A model generated the notes under the pieces. The model worked only from the letters and a program-made list of their open reading frames with translations, was not told the origin of the DNA and did not search any database. Below are positions 47,914 to 58,781 of a stretch of DNA of 64,000 nucleotides, piece after piece. The translations under genes and the position numbers were made by a program. The DNA comes from an uncultured Elusimicrobia bacterium (GTDB taxonomy: Bacteria > Elusimicrobiota > Elusimicrobia > 2-01-FULL-59-12). The stretch's first letter is position 1. The number at the start of each line of letters is the position of its first letter. The DNA lies in the NCBI GenBank assembly GCA_963702895.1, contig OY969767.1, positions 2,496,001-2,560,000 of the forward strand. Direction: 5' to 3'.

Positions 47914-49578
47914 TCAGCCGTTGAAGTGGCGTTCGACGACCATGTGTCTTTCTTTATTGAGTTGGATCAGTTCTTCGGCGGACAGAACAGAGGAAGAACT
48001 TTCTAATTCATAGAGCTGAAAGTACTGGCTCTGCGGGACGTGACGTGTCATAAAATCTGCGCCAAGCGTCATGTGAGCGATGCGATGATCTTTCTCGAGT
48101 CTGAGCGTGTCGCTCAGGCTTATGCCGCGATTTCCGAAGGTACACCGTCGGAGAAATCGAATAGGGACAACTCCTGACCGAAGAATGATAACGCGCCTGA
48201 TCCATCTTTTGAGCCAGTGGCATAATCTCGGGCTCCACCCTAAGACCAAAAGAGTTGCTCGGAAAAGGAAGAAGGTCAGGGGTGTAAAACGTTTGTTGGC
48301 GGGTATGACATGTAAGCAGCCGGCGACCTCCCAACCATTTTGATCAATTGAGATTTGGTACGTTGGATCAACCCACTGAGAGGAAACAAGTTCCCCCGAT
48401 ACCAGTTGTGCCAGAAAGCCCGCATCATTGATCAAAAGATTTCCCGTTGTTCGATCAAACAATTTGAGGACTCCGCCCTTCGCTAAGCTCGCAACCGTAT
48501 ACGAGGCCTCCCGATTCACAACATGTATCCCCGCCTGTGGAAAATATCGGGTGAACGGTTTTTGCTCGTATGGAAGCGCGGGCCATTCTGCGGGGCGCTG
48601 AGCATAATCTCGATAGGACAGAAGATATTCGGGGAGGCGATAGGCCATATAACGGTCCGGCATGATCTCGGGAGGAACGAGCTTTCCTTGTTCCAAGGAG
48701 GACAGCATTTTCTCTGAAATGGAGGCTGCCAACGGGATCTGTTTTGCCATGACCTCAAAACCATGCGGGTAAAAGTGCCGCGTGTTTCGGCTCCCCACAG
48801 AGCCGGCATAGAACCCATCGGGATAGACGAAATAGCTGCAGAATTGGATGGACTGGTCTAAGATACGGAAGACAGAAGGGTCAGGATTGCACTGGTAGAG
48901 CTTCGCAAGAAATGACACGGTCGCCGACAGATAGCCGGGATCAGGTCCGTCGTATTCTCGCGACCATCCTTCATCGTTATTGTGGTACGAAAGAAAACCT
49001 TTCCAAAGCCGCTCGTATCCTCTGACGAGGTTCGGATCTCCAAGAACTTCATAGGCTTTCCAAACGGCTAGACAGGCCATGGCGTGATGGTTCGCTAAAT
49101 GATCGTCCTCGGCCTGTCCATGAGTGAGATAACGGGCCGCTTGGCGAATGGTTTTGCAGATGCGCTTGGCAGCAGCTGGTGGAATTTCGTCTTTGAGCAA
49201 TTGATAGGCTTCGGCACAAGCGTAGGCAGAAAAACCTGTCGGGCCCACCCAGCCATGCTCGAAGGGATAATGTTCATCGAAGGAACCGTCTCGATGCTGA
49301 CGACTCGCCCAAAAATCCATCGCCGCGATTGCCCAATCGAGTATCGTCCTTTGACCCTTAAAAGGGTTCTCAGGGAAATCATGTTTATAAACCAGCGCAA
49401 GTGCCAGTACGCCGAATTGATGGTCCATGTCGGAGAAATCAGAGGTTTTATCATGCCAATAGGCTCTGTCAAATGACCCAAACGTTGTCGAAAGGGGGTT
49501 GCGGTCAAGAGAGCTAAGAAGACGATGCATTTGCCCCATCGCCTTTCTTGCGTAGGTTTCACGGGCAGCGCTTAGCAT
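47914..49578 (-). CDS. Hypothetical protein, possibly alpha/alpha-toroid glycan-modifying
   Basis: FDRAYWH, DGSFDEHYP, NH and EYDGPDPGY motifs; located in a glycan cluster. Confidence 0.6.
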   Translation of the reverse strand: MLSAARETYARKAMGQMHRLLSSLDRNPLSTTFGSFDRAYWHDKTSDFSDMDHQFGVLALALVYKHDFPENPFKGQRTILDWAIAAMDFWASRQHRDGSFDEHYPFEHGWVGPTGFSAYACAEAYQLLKDEIPPAAAKRICKTIRQAARYLTHGQAEDDHLANHHAMACLAVWKAYEVLGDPNLVRGYERLWKGFLSYHNNDEGWSREYDGPDPGYLSATVSFLAKLYQCNPDPSVFRILDQSIQFCSYFVYPDGFYAGSVGSRNTRHFYPHGFEVMAKQIPLAASISEKMLSSLEQGKLVPPEIMPDRYMAYRLPEYLLSYRDYAQRPAEWPALPYEQKPFTRYFPQAGIHVVNREASYTVASLAKGGVLKLFDRTTGNLLINDAGFLAQLVSGELVSSQWVDPTYQISIDQNGWEVAGCLHVIPANKRFTPLTFFLFRATLLVLGWSPRLCHWLKRWIRRVIILRSGVVPIRFLRRCTFGNRGISLSDTLRLEKDHRIAHMTLGADFMTRHVPQSQYFQLYELESSSSVLSAEELIQLNKERHMVVERHFNG

Positions 49579-51515
49579 GATGCTGGCTTTGAACGCAGCA
49601 TTGGAGTGAGACCTGTCCCATCCACGAAGGTCTGAAACCACAATTCGAGAATGACAAGCGCTATGATGCGCTTGCTCTGCAATAATTCTTGCGTTTCGAG
49701 CGAAGCGAGCGTTTGCCTCAAAAAATCAGGGGTCAGTATCCCCCGTTCCATACAACGCCTTGTGCCGAGGATGTCCCTCACAAACTGCCGGTAGCCTTCT
49801 CCAAAGACGCTCTGAACAGGAAAGTAAAAGGCCCGCTTCCGTCTTCCGGAAAGATATTGGGGCAACACCTTTGAGGCGGCTTTTCTTAAGAGACGCTTCG
49901 TGATCAGTCCCTTGATCTTAAAGGCGTCAGGCTGCTGCATGGCAAACTCCACAATGCGGTGGTCGAGGTATGGAACTCGAATCTCCAGCGAATTGGCAAA
50001 CCCGATCTTATCCTGCCTGAAAAGTGTGTAGTTCGGCAACCAGTTATTCATATCGAGGCTGATGGTGTTCTCCAGCAGGCTTTGATCCGTGTGGTAATAG
50101 CCCTCCAGCAGTTTTTCTAAAGCGTTATTCGAACCTAATGCGTTGGAAAAACCAGCGGTGTAAATTCCTTTCTTCTCATCAGGTCGGTACAACGAGGCGA
50201 GAGCGAGGTATTCGGCACCAGACTTGCCACAGGCATGATGGAGCAAGTATTGGCTGAGAACTTCCTGTCCCTGCACCCCGAGTGCGGCTGGATAAGGGAA
50301 GAAATAATCAATCAAAGCCCGAGGCGTCATACGAGTCATTTTTCCAGCCAGCCTCGACCATGAACGTGGAAGGTAGTGATCGAAGACTCCCATCGTGTTC
50401 AACGCAAGATGATGAATATAGCCGCCCCAGACTTCATCAGCTCCTTCGCCGGAAGTGACGACCTTGACCGCCCTGGCCGCTGCCTGAGATAGCCGAAAAT
50501 TCGGGATGATAATGGAATCGCCGATAGGCTCATCCAGATGCCAGACGATCTTGGGGAGCAGTTCATAATCATTTTTTTCGATCATGATTTCATGATGATC
50601 GGTCTGCTCGCGGGCGGCCGTTTTCCTGGCTTCTTCGAGTTCGTCCGTCTCCAGCCCGAACCCAATGCTGAATGTTTTGATAGGCCCCGTGTTCAGTTGT
50701 CGCATAAGGCCCACAATGAGGCTCGAGTCTATTCCCCCGCTTAAGTAGGCGCCCACGGGAACGTCTGCGCGAAGCCTTATATTCACGGAGTCTTTCAGGA
50801 GGCTCAGGAGTTCCTCGGCTGCGCTGTTGAGATTACTCCTCGGTGGTGGCGAAGGCTGAGGCAACGTCCAATAAGGGCGAATCTGCAGTTCGCCATGGGT
50901 GAATAAGAGAGTGCACCCGGGTTTGAGCTTCTGGATGTTCTTAAAGAAGGTCTTCTCTTCGGGGACATACCGAAGCGCAAGATACGCGTCGATGGCTGCA
51001 GGATCAAGCGACCGATCCACTTTCTCCCAGCAAAGAAGGCTTTTCAATTCAGATGCGAAGGCCATCTCACGGCCGACGATCGTGTAGTACAAAGGGTGCA
51101 CCCCGAAACGATCACGTGCCAGTAGTAGCCTTGCCTGGGTGTCATCCCATAAGGCAATGGCGAAATCACCATTTAATTTCTGACAAAAGTCAGCTCCATA
51201 TTCTTCATACAAATGAGCAAGGACTTCTGTGTCGCCCCGAGACGCCAGACGGTGTCCTTTTCCTTTGAGCTCTGTTTGAAGTTCTCGGTAATTAAAGATT
51301 TCGCCGTTTTGTATGACGGTGATTGTTTTGTCTTCATTGAAGGTCGGTTGGTGCCCGCCGGCGATATCGATAATGCTGAGCCTGCGGGCCCCCAGGCTCG
51401 CCTGGGCTCCATAAAAAAAACCGCAGTCGTCAGGACCGCGGTGTGTAAGAATTGCCGTCATTCGTTCAAGGAGCTGGCGATCCGTGAAGCCTACAAAACC
51501 ACAAATACCGCACAT
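49572..51515 (-). CDS. asnB: Asparagine synthase (glutamine-hydrolysing)-family amidotransferase
   Basis: MCGICG, HRGPD, NGEIFN, LSGGIDSS, SGEGADE, RVPYLD. Confidence 0.93.
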   Translation of the reverse strand: MCGICGFVGFTDRQLLERMTAILTHRGPDDCGFFYGAQASLGARRLSIIDIAGGHQPTFNEDKTITVIQNGEIFNYRELQTELKGKGHRLASRGDTEVLAHLYEEYGADFCQKLNGDFAIALWDDTQARLLLARDRFGVHPLYYTIVGREMAFASELKSLLCWEKVDRSLDPAAIDAYLALRYVPEEKTFFKNIQKLKPGCTLLFTHGELQIRPYWTLPQPSPPPRSNLNSAAEELLSLLKDSVNIRLRADVPVGAYLSGGIDSSLIVGLMRQLNTGPIKTFSIGFGLETDELEEARKTAAREQTDHHEIMIEKNDYELLPKIVWHLDEPIGDSIIIPNFRLSQAAARAVKVVTSGEGADEVWGGYIHHLALNTMGVFDHYLPRSWSRLAGKMTRMTPRALIDYFFPYPAALGVQGQEVLSQYLLHHACGKSGAEYLALASLYRPDEKKGIYTAGFSNALGSNNALEKLLEGYYHTDQSLLENTISLDMNNWLPNYTLFRQDKIGFANSLEIRVPYLDHRIVEFAMQQPDAFKIKGLITKRLLRKAASKVLPQYLSGRRKRAFYFPVQSVFGEGYRQFVRDILGTRRCMERGILTPDFLRQTLASLETQELLQSKRIIALVILELWFQTFVDGTGLTPMLRSKPASC

Positions 51516-53423
51516 TCAAGCACGCCCATGGACGCGGTAGAGCGTGGATTGCGTGGTGCGGTGCTCGACCTCAAAATAGGGAGCGGACAGAGGAGGAACC
51601 CAAAAGCTCAGCTTGGGGTAGGACGTGTAATGCCAATGACCATCTGACCTCACCTCAAATTCACTCTGCACCAAGAGCACATGAGTGATGTGTGCCGCTT
51701 GGAGTGACAAGGCCAACTCCTTGGTGGATTTCCTGAAATGCGCCGGCGAAAATGCGGTCAAAGGCACAAAATCGCACTCCGCATAGTAGAAGAGGGGCAG
51801 CGTCGGGGCCATCCCCAAAACCAAGAAGCGACTGGGTGGCCGGTGATGCGTGCGAAGATACTGCATCATCGGATAGCCTTCACTACCGAGATACTGTTGC
51901 ATTAAATATTGCTCCTCGGATTGAAATCCAAAGAAATAGGGGATGCGCTTGAGCCCATAGTAAGCGCTCAGGGCAAAATTGGGGACGAGAAGCAAGAAGG
52001 CGATCCAGAGTGCAGCAGCCGTTTTGAGCCGTCGTGAGGCACCCTCAAACCACAAGAAGAGTCCTTGGCTCGCGAGGATAGCAAGCAAGGGGAGGGCAGC
52101 AGAGTAGTACCTTGGGCTCATCCATGCCCAAGGAATGAAATGCGTGATGACGAGGGTGACAAGAACGAGAATAATAATTTTCTTCATTCCTTGAGAATTT
52201 CGTGAAAGCCATGCCAAGGGGGCGAGCACCATCGGCAACAGCCCGAAAGACCAGATCAGCATGCCTCCGGAAACAAAGTACGGAAGCCGCACGAGCGTGG
52301 TTAGAAAGCTTCGCCACGTTACCTCTGGTCTCATGGTCATGTGGAGCGGATCCGAAGCGGCACCAGCCCAGAGCGCAGAAGGATAAAAGGGATTGCCGGT
52401 GATTGCATAATTTCGGAGGGGCCAGGGTAAGGCGACGATCGCCGTGACAAGCCCCACCATCAGTGCCGCTTTCGGCTTACGGTCGAAGACCATCATCACC
52501 AACAAGAGTGCCCCGATCCAATTGACAGAATAATTACGAAATCCGACCGATGCTCCAGTCAGGATGCCTATGATGACCAAATAGGATTTCCGTTGGCTTT
52601 GTGTCCACTCCCAGTACAACGAAAGAACGACCATTTCCAAAAACAAACTGAAATGGTCTACGGAAGTCGTGCCATGCAAGGAAGTCATCACAGGAGACGT
52701 ATAGACCAAGGCGACGGCCAAAAGCGTTGATGTGCGGTCCAGTCGGGCATAACGTCGAGAGAAGTTATAAAGGGCCAGCACATACAGAATGCCCATGACC
52801 CACACCATCGCTTTGACAGCGAAGAAGTCGCGCAAGAGAAGGATCGCTGTATGAAAGAGCTCCCCGTTCAAGTAGAAGAAACTTTCAAACATGGTCGGGA
52901 CGGAACCCATACGCCCCATCTTGACGTAGAGAGCAGGCAGACTGATGTGGTAGACCAGCTCATCGTCTGCGGTTGGCGGTGCATAGCCAAACCAGAATTT
53001 GAAAATGGCAGAACACACGAGAAGACCCAACAGCAACACTTCAAGACGTGTCAGCCTCATCGATGGGGGTTCTCCGAAAAGCGCGCGAAGACATTCTCGC
53101 AAGGGCTGAAAGCCAATGAACACCATCGCGACAAGAACGGAGCCCGTGATCGCAGGATGAAGGAGACCGCATACGCCCAAGAGAAAATGGAGATAAGAAA
53201 AGAAGAATAAGCCCAGACTGCACGCCGTCAGGATTCTCATGCGAATATCCAAAAGGTAAGTCTTCAGTGGCGCAATGAATAAGCCCGTACAGGACAACAC
53301 CAGCAGAAGATCAAACCCGAGGCTTAACGGTAGATGAGATGCTGGCATCGGTTTAGGACTTTCGTGAGCGCGGGATCTTTTCTGTAGTGGTGGAACGCAT
53401 AAAGATGGAGACTGAGAAACCAA
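51516..53423 (-). CDS. Multi-TM GT-C-type glycosyltransferase-like protein
   Basis: Many TM segments; DELVYH, PWPLRNY..TGNPFYP, PRY. Confidence 0.7.
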   Translation of the reverse strand: MVSQSPSLCVPPLQKRSRAHESPKPMPASHLPLSLGFDLLLVLSCTGLFIAPLKTYLLDIRMRILTACSLGLFFFSYLHFLLGVCGLLHPAITGSVLVAMVFIGFQPLRECLRALFGEPPSMRLTRLEVLLLGLLVCSAIFKFWFGYAPPTADDELVYHISLPALYVKMGRMGSVPTMFESFFYLNGELFHTAILLLRDFFAVKAMVWVMGILYVLALYNFSRRYARLDRTSTLLAVALVYTSPVMTSLHGTTSVDHFSLFLEMVVLSLYWEWTQSQRKSYLVIIGILTGASVGFRNYSVNWIGALLLVMMVFDRKPKAALMVGLVTAIVALPWPLRNYAITGNPFYPSALWAGAASDPLHMTMRPEVTWRSFLTTLVRLPYFVSGGMLIWSFGLLPMVLAPLAWLSRNSQGMKKIIILVLVTLVITHFIPWAWMSPRYYSAALPLLAILASQGLFLWFEGASRRLKTAAALWIAFLLLVPNFALSAYYGLKRIPYFFGFQSEEQYLMQQYLGSEGYPMMQYLRTHHRPPSRFLVLGMAPTLPLFYYAECDFVPLTAFSPAHFRKSTKELALSLQAAHITHVLLVQSEFEVRSDGHWHYTSYPKLSFWVPPLSAPYFEVEHRTTQSTLYRVHGRA

Positions 53424-53451
53424 GCAAGAAAAAGAAAGCGAGCTGCGAGCC

Positions 53452-54456
53452 TCATTTGTTTTGGTCTTCTGCGTCCTGGGTCCTCAAGCGGTGATGCAGC
53501 TGATCGACACGCAATTTGATGAGCGCTCCGATCTCGGAGAGAAATCCGAGTGTGAAAAGTTGAATCCCGGTTAACACCAACATGGAAATACACAATAGCG
53601 CAGGGAGTCGAACAAAGATGCGCGCAACTTGAAAATGGGCCTGAGCCATCACAACCCAGAACCCGATGAGACCGGCCGCGATCAGGGCAAAGGAAAGACC
53701 ATACGTCCAGCGGATATGATTGCGCGATCGGATAATGAGAACAGGCAGCGTATACATGATGTACCGCACAATGGACTTGACGACCTTGGATTCCCCGTGA
53801 ACTCGTTGGCGCCATACGGAAGCAATCTCTTTAACTCGAAATCCCTTTTCATGGGCATCAATAATGGATTCCTGGACGTAGGTGTGGGTCCCAATGATAT
53901 CGATCGATTCGACCACCTCCACGCGCATGGCACGTAACCCACCATGGGAATCGGTCAGGGGAAGACCGGTGATGGTTCTTAAGATCCAGCTTAAGACGAT
54001 CGTCCCAAAGCGATTGAGGAACGGATACGGATACTGAATTAATCCCGGTTCCAAGAAGCGCGAGCCCACCACCATATCCGCTTCACGCTTGGCGATGGGA
54101 TCGAGAACTTTCATGATTTCTCTGGGATCTGATTGGCCATCGGCATCCAGGCTGACAATCACCTCAGGACGGAAAGCGATAGCAGCTTTGAGCCCTTTGA
54201 GCATGGCAAAGCCGAGTCCCTGTCCGCCCCCGATGACCACATGGACGCCGAGCGTGCGGGCAAGATCTCGCGTGCTGTCATGCGAGTCATCCGCGATGAG
54301 AAGAATGGGTTCTTGCAACCCTTTGTCTTGAAATGCTGAGCGAATCTCGCCCACCACATCGGCGAGGGTCACCGTTTCATCCCGTGTAGGAAGAACCACG
54401 GCGATCTTCCACTGTCTTGGATCATCACTCACTGGCAGGCGAGGAGAGCGCAGCAT
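53452..54456 (-). CDS. GT2 glycosyltransferase (polyprenol-phosphate type)
   Basis: LPTRDE, DADGQ, VVGSRF, TDS; two C-terminal TM segments. Confidence 0.9.
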   Translation of the reverse strand: MLRSPRLPVSDDPRQWKIAVVLPTRDETVTLADVVGEIRSAFQDKGLQEPILLIADDSHDSTRDLARTLGVHVVIGGGQGLGFAMLKGLKAAIAFRPEVIVSLDADGQSDPREIMKVLDPIAKREADMVVGSRFLEPGLIQYPYPFLNRFGTIVLSWILRTITGLPLTDSHGGLRAMRVEVVESIDIIGTHTYVQESIIDAHEKGFRVKEIASVWRQRVHGESKVVKSIVRYIMYTLPVLIIRSRNHIRWTYGLSFALIAAGLIGFWVVMAQAHFQVARIFVRLPALLCISMLVLTGIQLFTLGFLSEIGALIKLRVDQLHHRLRTQDAEDQNK

Positions 54457-54459
54457 GGC

Positions 54460-55806
54460 TTAGGACTTCCCCGCCAAGTTTTGAATTTGCACAAGATCTT
54501 CCAGATGCAAAACGCGGGGCTTCTGCGACCCCTGAGGGATTTGACGTGTGAGGTCAAGAACGACGCAGCGGGCAGGGAACTGATCAGCCACAGAGTGTGA
54601 AGCAAGGAGGATCTTTCCAACGATCAGAAGCTCCGCATGCTGCGCCACTTCGTTAAAGTCTGAATGCAGCGCTTGGGCAAGATGCGGCAACTTGCTTCTT
54701 ATATAACTCAGATTTTGGCCATGGATCTTCTTTAAGTCAATATCAGGGTCATAAATCGCGAGTTCAAAACCTTTGCCGATGAGTCTCTCCGCGAGTTCCA
54801 CCAATGGACTGTTGCGAAAGTCATCGGTACCGCCCTTGAATGTTAAGCCTATGAGACCCACTTTGCGAAGCCCATAATCATCAATCGCTTGTACTGTTTT
54901 TTCGATGAGCATGCGGTTGCTTTTCTCAATGGAGTCCAAAAGTGGCGTGCTAATGGCGGAAAGCGCCGATAAACGCCCTAATGTTTTCAAGTCTTTCGGG
55001 AGGCAAGACCCACCAAAAGCATAACCAGGTCGCAAATAGGCGCGCGAGATGTTCAGGGCTGTGTCCTGGCAAAACAAATCCATGGTTTGATTGGCATCCG
55101 CACTGAAAAGGGGCGACAAGCTAGCGATCTCATTGGCAAACGTGATTTTGAGCGCATGGAAGGCGTTGCAGGCATATTTCAGAAGACTTGCAGCGCCTAG
55201 AGAAACGATATGGAAGGGAGCTTCGATACCCTTGTAGAGGGCCTGAAGGGCCTCCGAGGCTTGAGGATGATCTGTTCCGATCACGACGAACGGCGGGTGC
55301 CGGAAGTCCTCGAGGGCCTTGCCTTCTCTTAAGAACTCTGGATTAAAAGCAAAAAAGAGACTCTTGCCAAAACGCTGCGGCAGCGCCTGCTCGAGAGCTG
55401 GAAGAATGGAGGATTGGATCATGGGGTAAGGCATCGTGCTTCGCAGAACGACGACATACGGCGAAGTTTTCTTCAGCAGATCCTGATTGATCTGCTGGCA
55501 AACTGTCAGGACTTGTCGAATATCTGTTGTACCGTCCCCCAGGCTAGGAGTCCCGACGCATAGGAGAGCCAAATCCGTGGCATGCACTGCCTCCTCCGAT
55601 GATCCGGTCGGAAGAATTTTTTCTTGCTTTATGTGTTCGGAAAGCAACTCTTCAAGGCCCGGCTCAACCACAGGGCATTGTGAGCGTTGAAGAAGGGAGA
55701 GTTTGCTTGGAGAGGATTCCACAAGCCATACGGTATGGCCCAGAGAAGCCAAACTCGCTGCGGTGACACAGCCAACGTACCCGGCACCAAAAACGGATAC
55801 TTTCAT
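54460..55806 (-). CDS. UDP-glucose/GDP-mannose dehydrogenase family
   Basis: GAGYVG, CVGTPS, NPEFLREG, GGSCLPKD, DDFRNSP. Confidence 0.93.
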   Translation of the reverse strand: MKVSVFGAGYVGCVTAASLASLGHTVWLVESSPSKLSLLQRSQCPVVEPGLEELLSEHIKQEKILPTGSSEEAVHATDLALLCVGTPSLGDGTTDIRQVLTVCQQINQDLLKKTSPYVVVLRSTMPYPMIQSSILPALEQALPQRFGKSLFFAFNPEFLREGKALEDFRHPPFVVIGTDHPQASEALQALYKGIEAPFHIVSLGAASLLKYACNAFHALKITFANEIASLSPLFSADANQTMDLFCQDTALNISRAYLRPGYAFGGSCLPKDLKTLGRLSALSAISTPLLDSIEKSNRMLIEKTVQAIDDYGLRKVGLIGLTFKGGTDDFRNSPLVELAERLIGKGFELAIYDPDIDLKKIHGQNLSYIRSKLPHLAQALHSDFNEVAQHAELLIVGKILLASHSVADQFPARCVVLDLTRQIPQGSQKPRVLHLEDLVQIQNLAGKS

Positions 55807-55923
55807 CGTCGGCATCCTACTAATTTTATTCTGCTGAACCAAATGGGGGTAGACGCCTCCCACAAGTCGCTGATGAACAGAAAAAAGCTGCCCAGGGACA
55901 CTTTTGGGAGGCCCGCAGTTTGG

Positions 55924-57366
55924 TTACTCCGACTGGGGGGGTTCCTTCCAGCGCATGGCGGCGACTTGGCCCTGCCGGGCGTAGTCGGCGGCCTCCCCCA
56001 GGATCCGCGCCGCTTCTTGCGGGGCGTGGAACCCCATGGAGTTTTCCGCCGCCACAAAATCGAGTCTCCACTGGGCTTTGCGCTGCAAGTCTAAAGAGGC
56101 GGCCAATTGGGCGTCGGTCGCGCCTTCTTGTCGAGCTCTCTTAACGGCATCGAGCTGGTCCATGAGAGCGGCGGCGCTTCTTTGCAGGAGTTCATGATTG
56201 CGCACCTGAATCGACTCGACACGCGCCCTGATCTCCTCCTCCGGGAAGTGGTGGCAGCTCTGGCAGGCGCGGTTGATGTTCAAGAGCGGACTTCTCACCC
56301 AGTGGTCGGAGACTTTGGTGGCGCCGTCGCGCATGTATGGCATGTGGCAATCCGCGCAGGCGACGCCGCTTCGGGCGTGAATGCCCTGGCTCCACATCTC
56401 ATACTCCGGGTGCTGGGCTTTCAAGAGCTTGGCGCCGGATTCCGCATGCGCGAAGTCGAAGAACGGCGTGCCATCGGGGAACTTAGACTCGTTCCAGAAC
56501 GCTTCTAAGTTTTCGGCCTTGAGACCTTTCCCCCAAGGGTAGCTCAGCGGCTGTTTGGACGAACAGTAGTACTCGACATGGCATTGCCCACACACAAAAG
56601 ACCGCATCTCGGTCTGGGAAGCTTCTTCGTTGGGTTCATACGGTTTCTTGCGGTTGCCTGCCCTCCATTGCTCGATCGAAGGAATGTGGGGCACCGGCGC
56701 TTTGGATTCGGCCAGCATTCGGATGCCCTGGATGAACCCGGGCCTCGTCACGCGAAGGCGCATGCTTTTGGGATCGTGGCAGTCCACGCAGGACACCGGG
56801 TGGGCGTGGCCCATCTCATGAAGCATCTTGTCCAGTTCCTGGAAGCTGAACTTGTAGCTGGCCTCAAGGCCTTTGGCGGCGTCGCCGTCTCCCAACTTCC
56901 GGTAGAGCGGCATGACCGAAGCATGGCAATGCAAGCAGGACCCCGTTTGCGGCTTGGTGAGGCGCTGGGTCTTTTCTTGATCGGACAGCATGTAGGCATG
57001 GCCTCTCCGGTCACGGTAATCGATCGAGAAGGCGTATCCCAGAAACATCCGTTTGAGCCAAGGGTCACGCTCAATTTTCTCGGCCGGCATGGCTTCGCTG
57101 CCGCCGTGCCCGCCAAAGCGCGTTCGCGTCGTGATGGCCGTCTTCTTGTAAGACCCGTATTCCCTGGGCCAATTGACGCCCCATCGGGCCGGATCCGTAT
57201 CCTCCTCCGTGACTTCGACCAGTCGCACGTAGGGGTTTTTGGCTTCACTTTTCCTTTCAAAAATATTCACGAGCAGCGCCGTGACGAGCGCCGTGGTCAG
57301 CGCAATTCCGATCGACAGGACAGCATAGAGTCTGAAACTTTTCAAACGTTCCAACAAGGTTTTCAT
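55924..57366 (-). CDS. nrfA: Ammonia-forming cytochrome c nitrite reductase, CXXCH variant
   Basis: [38 protein letters not shown]; five heme motifs. Confidence 0.93.
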   Translation of the reverse strand: MKTLLERLKSFRLYAVLSIGIALTTALVTALLVNIFERKSEAKNPYVRLVEVTEEDTDPARWGVNWPREYGSYKKTAITTRTRFGGHGGSEAMPAEKIERDPWLKRMFLGYAFSIDYRDRRGHAYMLSDQEKTQRLTKPQTGSCLHCHASVMPLYRKLGDGDAAKGLEASYKFSFQELDKMLHEMGHAHPVSCVDCHDPKSMRLRVTRPGFIQGIRMLAESKAPVPHIPSIEQWRAGNRKKPYEPNEEASQTEMRSFVCGQCHVEYYCSSKQPLSYPWGKGLKAENLEAFWNESKFPDGTPFFDFAHAESGAKLLKAQHPEYEMWSQGIHARSGVACADCHMPYMRDGATKVSDHWVRSPLLNINRACQSCHHFPEEEIRARVESIQVRNHELLQRSAAALMDQLDAVKRARQEGATDAQLAASLDLQRKAQWRLDFVAAENSMGFHAPQEAARILGEAADYARQGQVAAMRWKEPPQSE

Positions 57367-57863
57367 GATGGTTCCCCTTCCTTTGGATCATATCGGCCCA
57401 TCCCTGTGGTTTCGCCGTGCCCAACGCTTGCGTGACAATGCGCACAACGCAAGGCATCGGGATCCTTGCGAGTGACGGGCGCCAGCCCATGCGTGAGTTG
57501 CTCGTGACACCGCAGACAGTTGGCGTTTAAGATCCGGCTGTTGCGCGGCGTGATCATGATGGGTTCGTTAAAATTCTGAAGCGTAAAGCCTTTGGAATGC
57601 CGGTAGCCGTTGTCCGCTTTGGACAGGTACTTCGGGATCAAGCTGTGCGGCAAATGACAATCGACGCAGGTGGCCGCGCTGTGGTGGCTGGCCTTTTGCC
57701 AGGAGCTGAATTCCGGGTTCATGATGTGGCAATTGACGCAGGCGCGCGGGTCTTTGCTTAGATAAGAAAACCCGTGGGCATAATGAAAGGTAAAAGCGCC
57801 AACCCCAACGAGGACGCCGATCAGCGCGGCGGTAAAAAATTCCCACGGCGATATCGGTTTCAT
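57363..57863 (-). CDS. nrfH: Cytochrome c nitrite reductase small subunit
   Basis: N-terminal [18 protein letters not shown], four CxxCH motifs. Confidence 0.93.
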   Translation of the reverse strand: MKPISPWEFFTAALIGVLVGVGAFTFHYAHGFSYLSKDPRACVNCHIMNPEFSSWQKASHHSAATCVDCHLPHSLIPKYLSKADNGYRHSKGFTLQNFNEPIMITPRNSRILNANCLRCHEQLTHGLAPVTRKDPDALRCAHCHASVGHGETTGMGRYDPKEGEPS

Positions 57864-57886
57864 GGCGCCAAGAAGTGCTGCGGGGC

Positions 57887-58714
57887 TTACTCGTTCGATC
57901 CGAAGAGGCGCTCGATCAGGGGTTTGTTCACAGGAGGGCTGTCCGGCACCACGCGCAGGCGTTGAATTTGTTCATAAATCCAGCGCAGGCGCTGCCGGCC
58001 TTCCTCAAAGTAGAGCGCGAGGGTCAAGGCCTTCTCTCGGAGTTCGGAAAACTGCGTGCGTTGAAAAGCCAAGCCCGTCATGAATTCGTCTTTGTTGGAC
58101 TCAAAATAGCCGGGGCTCTGCTCGGCCTTCGCGAACACCCAAGCGTTCGCCTTGGTGAGCCGGTCCAGCATCCGATTGGCGGTCGAACGAATACTTTTCA
58201 TTCGCTGGGAGAGTTGCCCTTCTTCCTCTCTTTCCCGGAAGGCAAAATCCAGATAGGGTTGTTTTCTGGCCTTGGAGACCATGATCTCGGTGGTCTTGGC
58301 CGCTTGGCGATCTAAAAAGGAGCGCAAGTCCGCTTCCTGGGCCCTGAGCCGACCGTCCCACGCTTGAATGCGATGCATGGTGGCGGAAATGGTTTCCTCA
58401 AGCGCTTTCGCTCTGCGCTCAAGAGAAGCGCTGAAGTTGTCCGTGATGTCCTTCAGCCGTTCAAACCCGATCGCGCTTTCCTTCCAGGACCGAAGGGTGG
58501 CGCTTGAGCGCTTGATCTCAGCAGCTTCCTTCAGCCACTCTTCGAGGCGCCGCAGACGCTCTTCCCAGCTGGCCCAGACCGGGGTTCGCGCTTCCTTGAT
58601 TTGGGCGATATCTTCCACACGATGTTGCGTGAACTGCCCCCGGAGAGCCTCCAGATATTGTTTTTTGTCCGAGAGGCCGTCGAGCTGGATCGCGGCATCG
58701 CGACGAAGAAGCAT
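57887..58714 (-). CDS. Hypothetical coiled-coil protein (start uncertain)
   Basis: Long helical ORF on the operon strand. Confidence 0.55.
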   Translation of the reverse strand: MLLRRDAAIQLDGLSDKKQYLEALRGQFTQHRVEDIAQIKEARTPVWASWEERLRRLEEWLKEAAEIKRSSATLRSWKESAIGFERLKDITDNFSASLERRAKALEETISATMHRIQAWDGRLRAQEADLRSFLDRQAAKTTEIMVSKARKQPYLDFAFREREEEGQLSQRMKSIRSTANRMLDRLTKANAWVFAKAEQSPGYFESNKDEFMTGLAFQRTQFSELREKALTLALYFEEGRQRLRWIYEQIQRLRVVPDSPPVNKPLIERLFGSNE

Positions 58715-58781
58715 GCCTCGGTCGTTTAAGCGAGTCTGCGAGGTTTCGAGATAGGCGCTGGGGCCAGGCAAGGGGTGGTCC

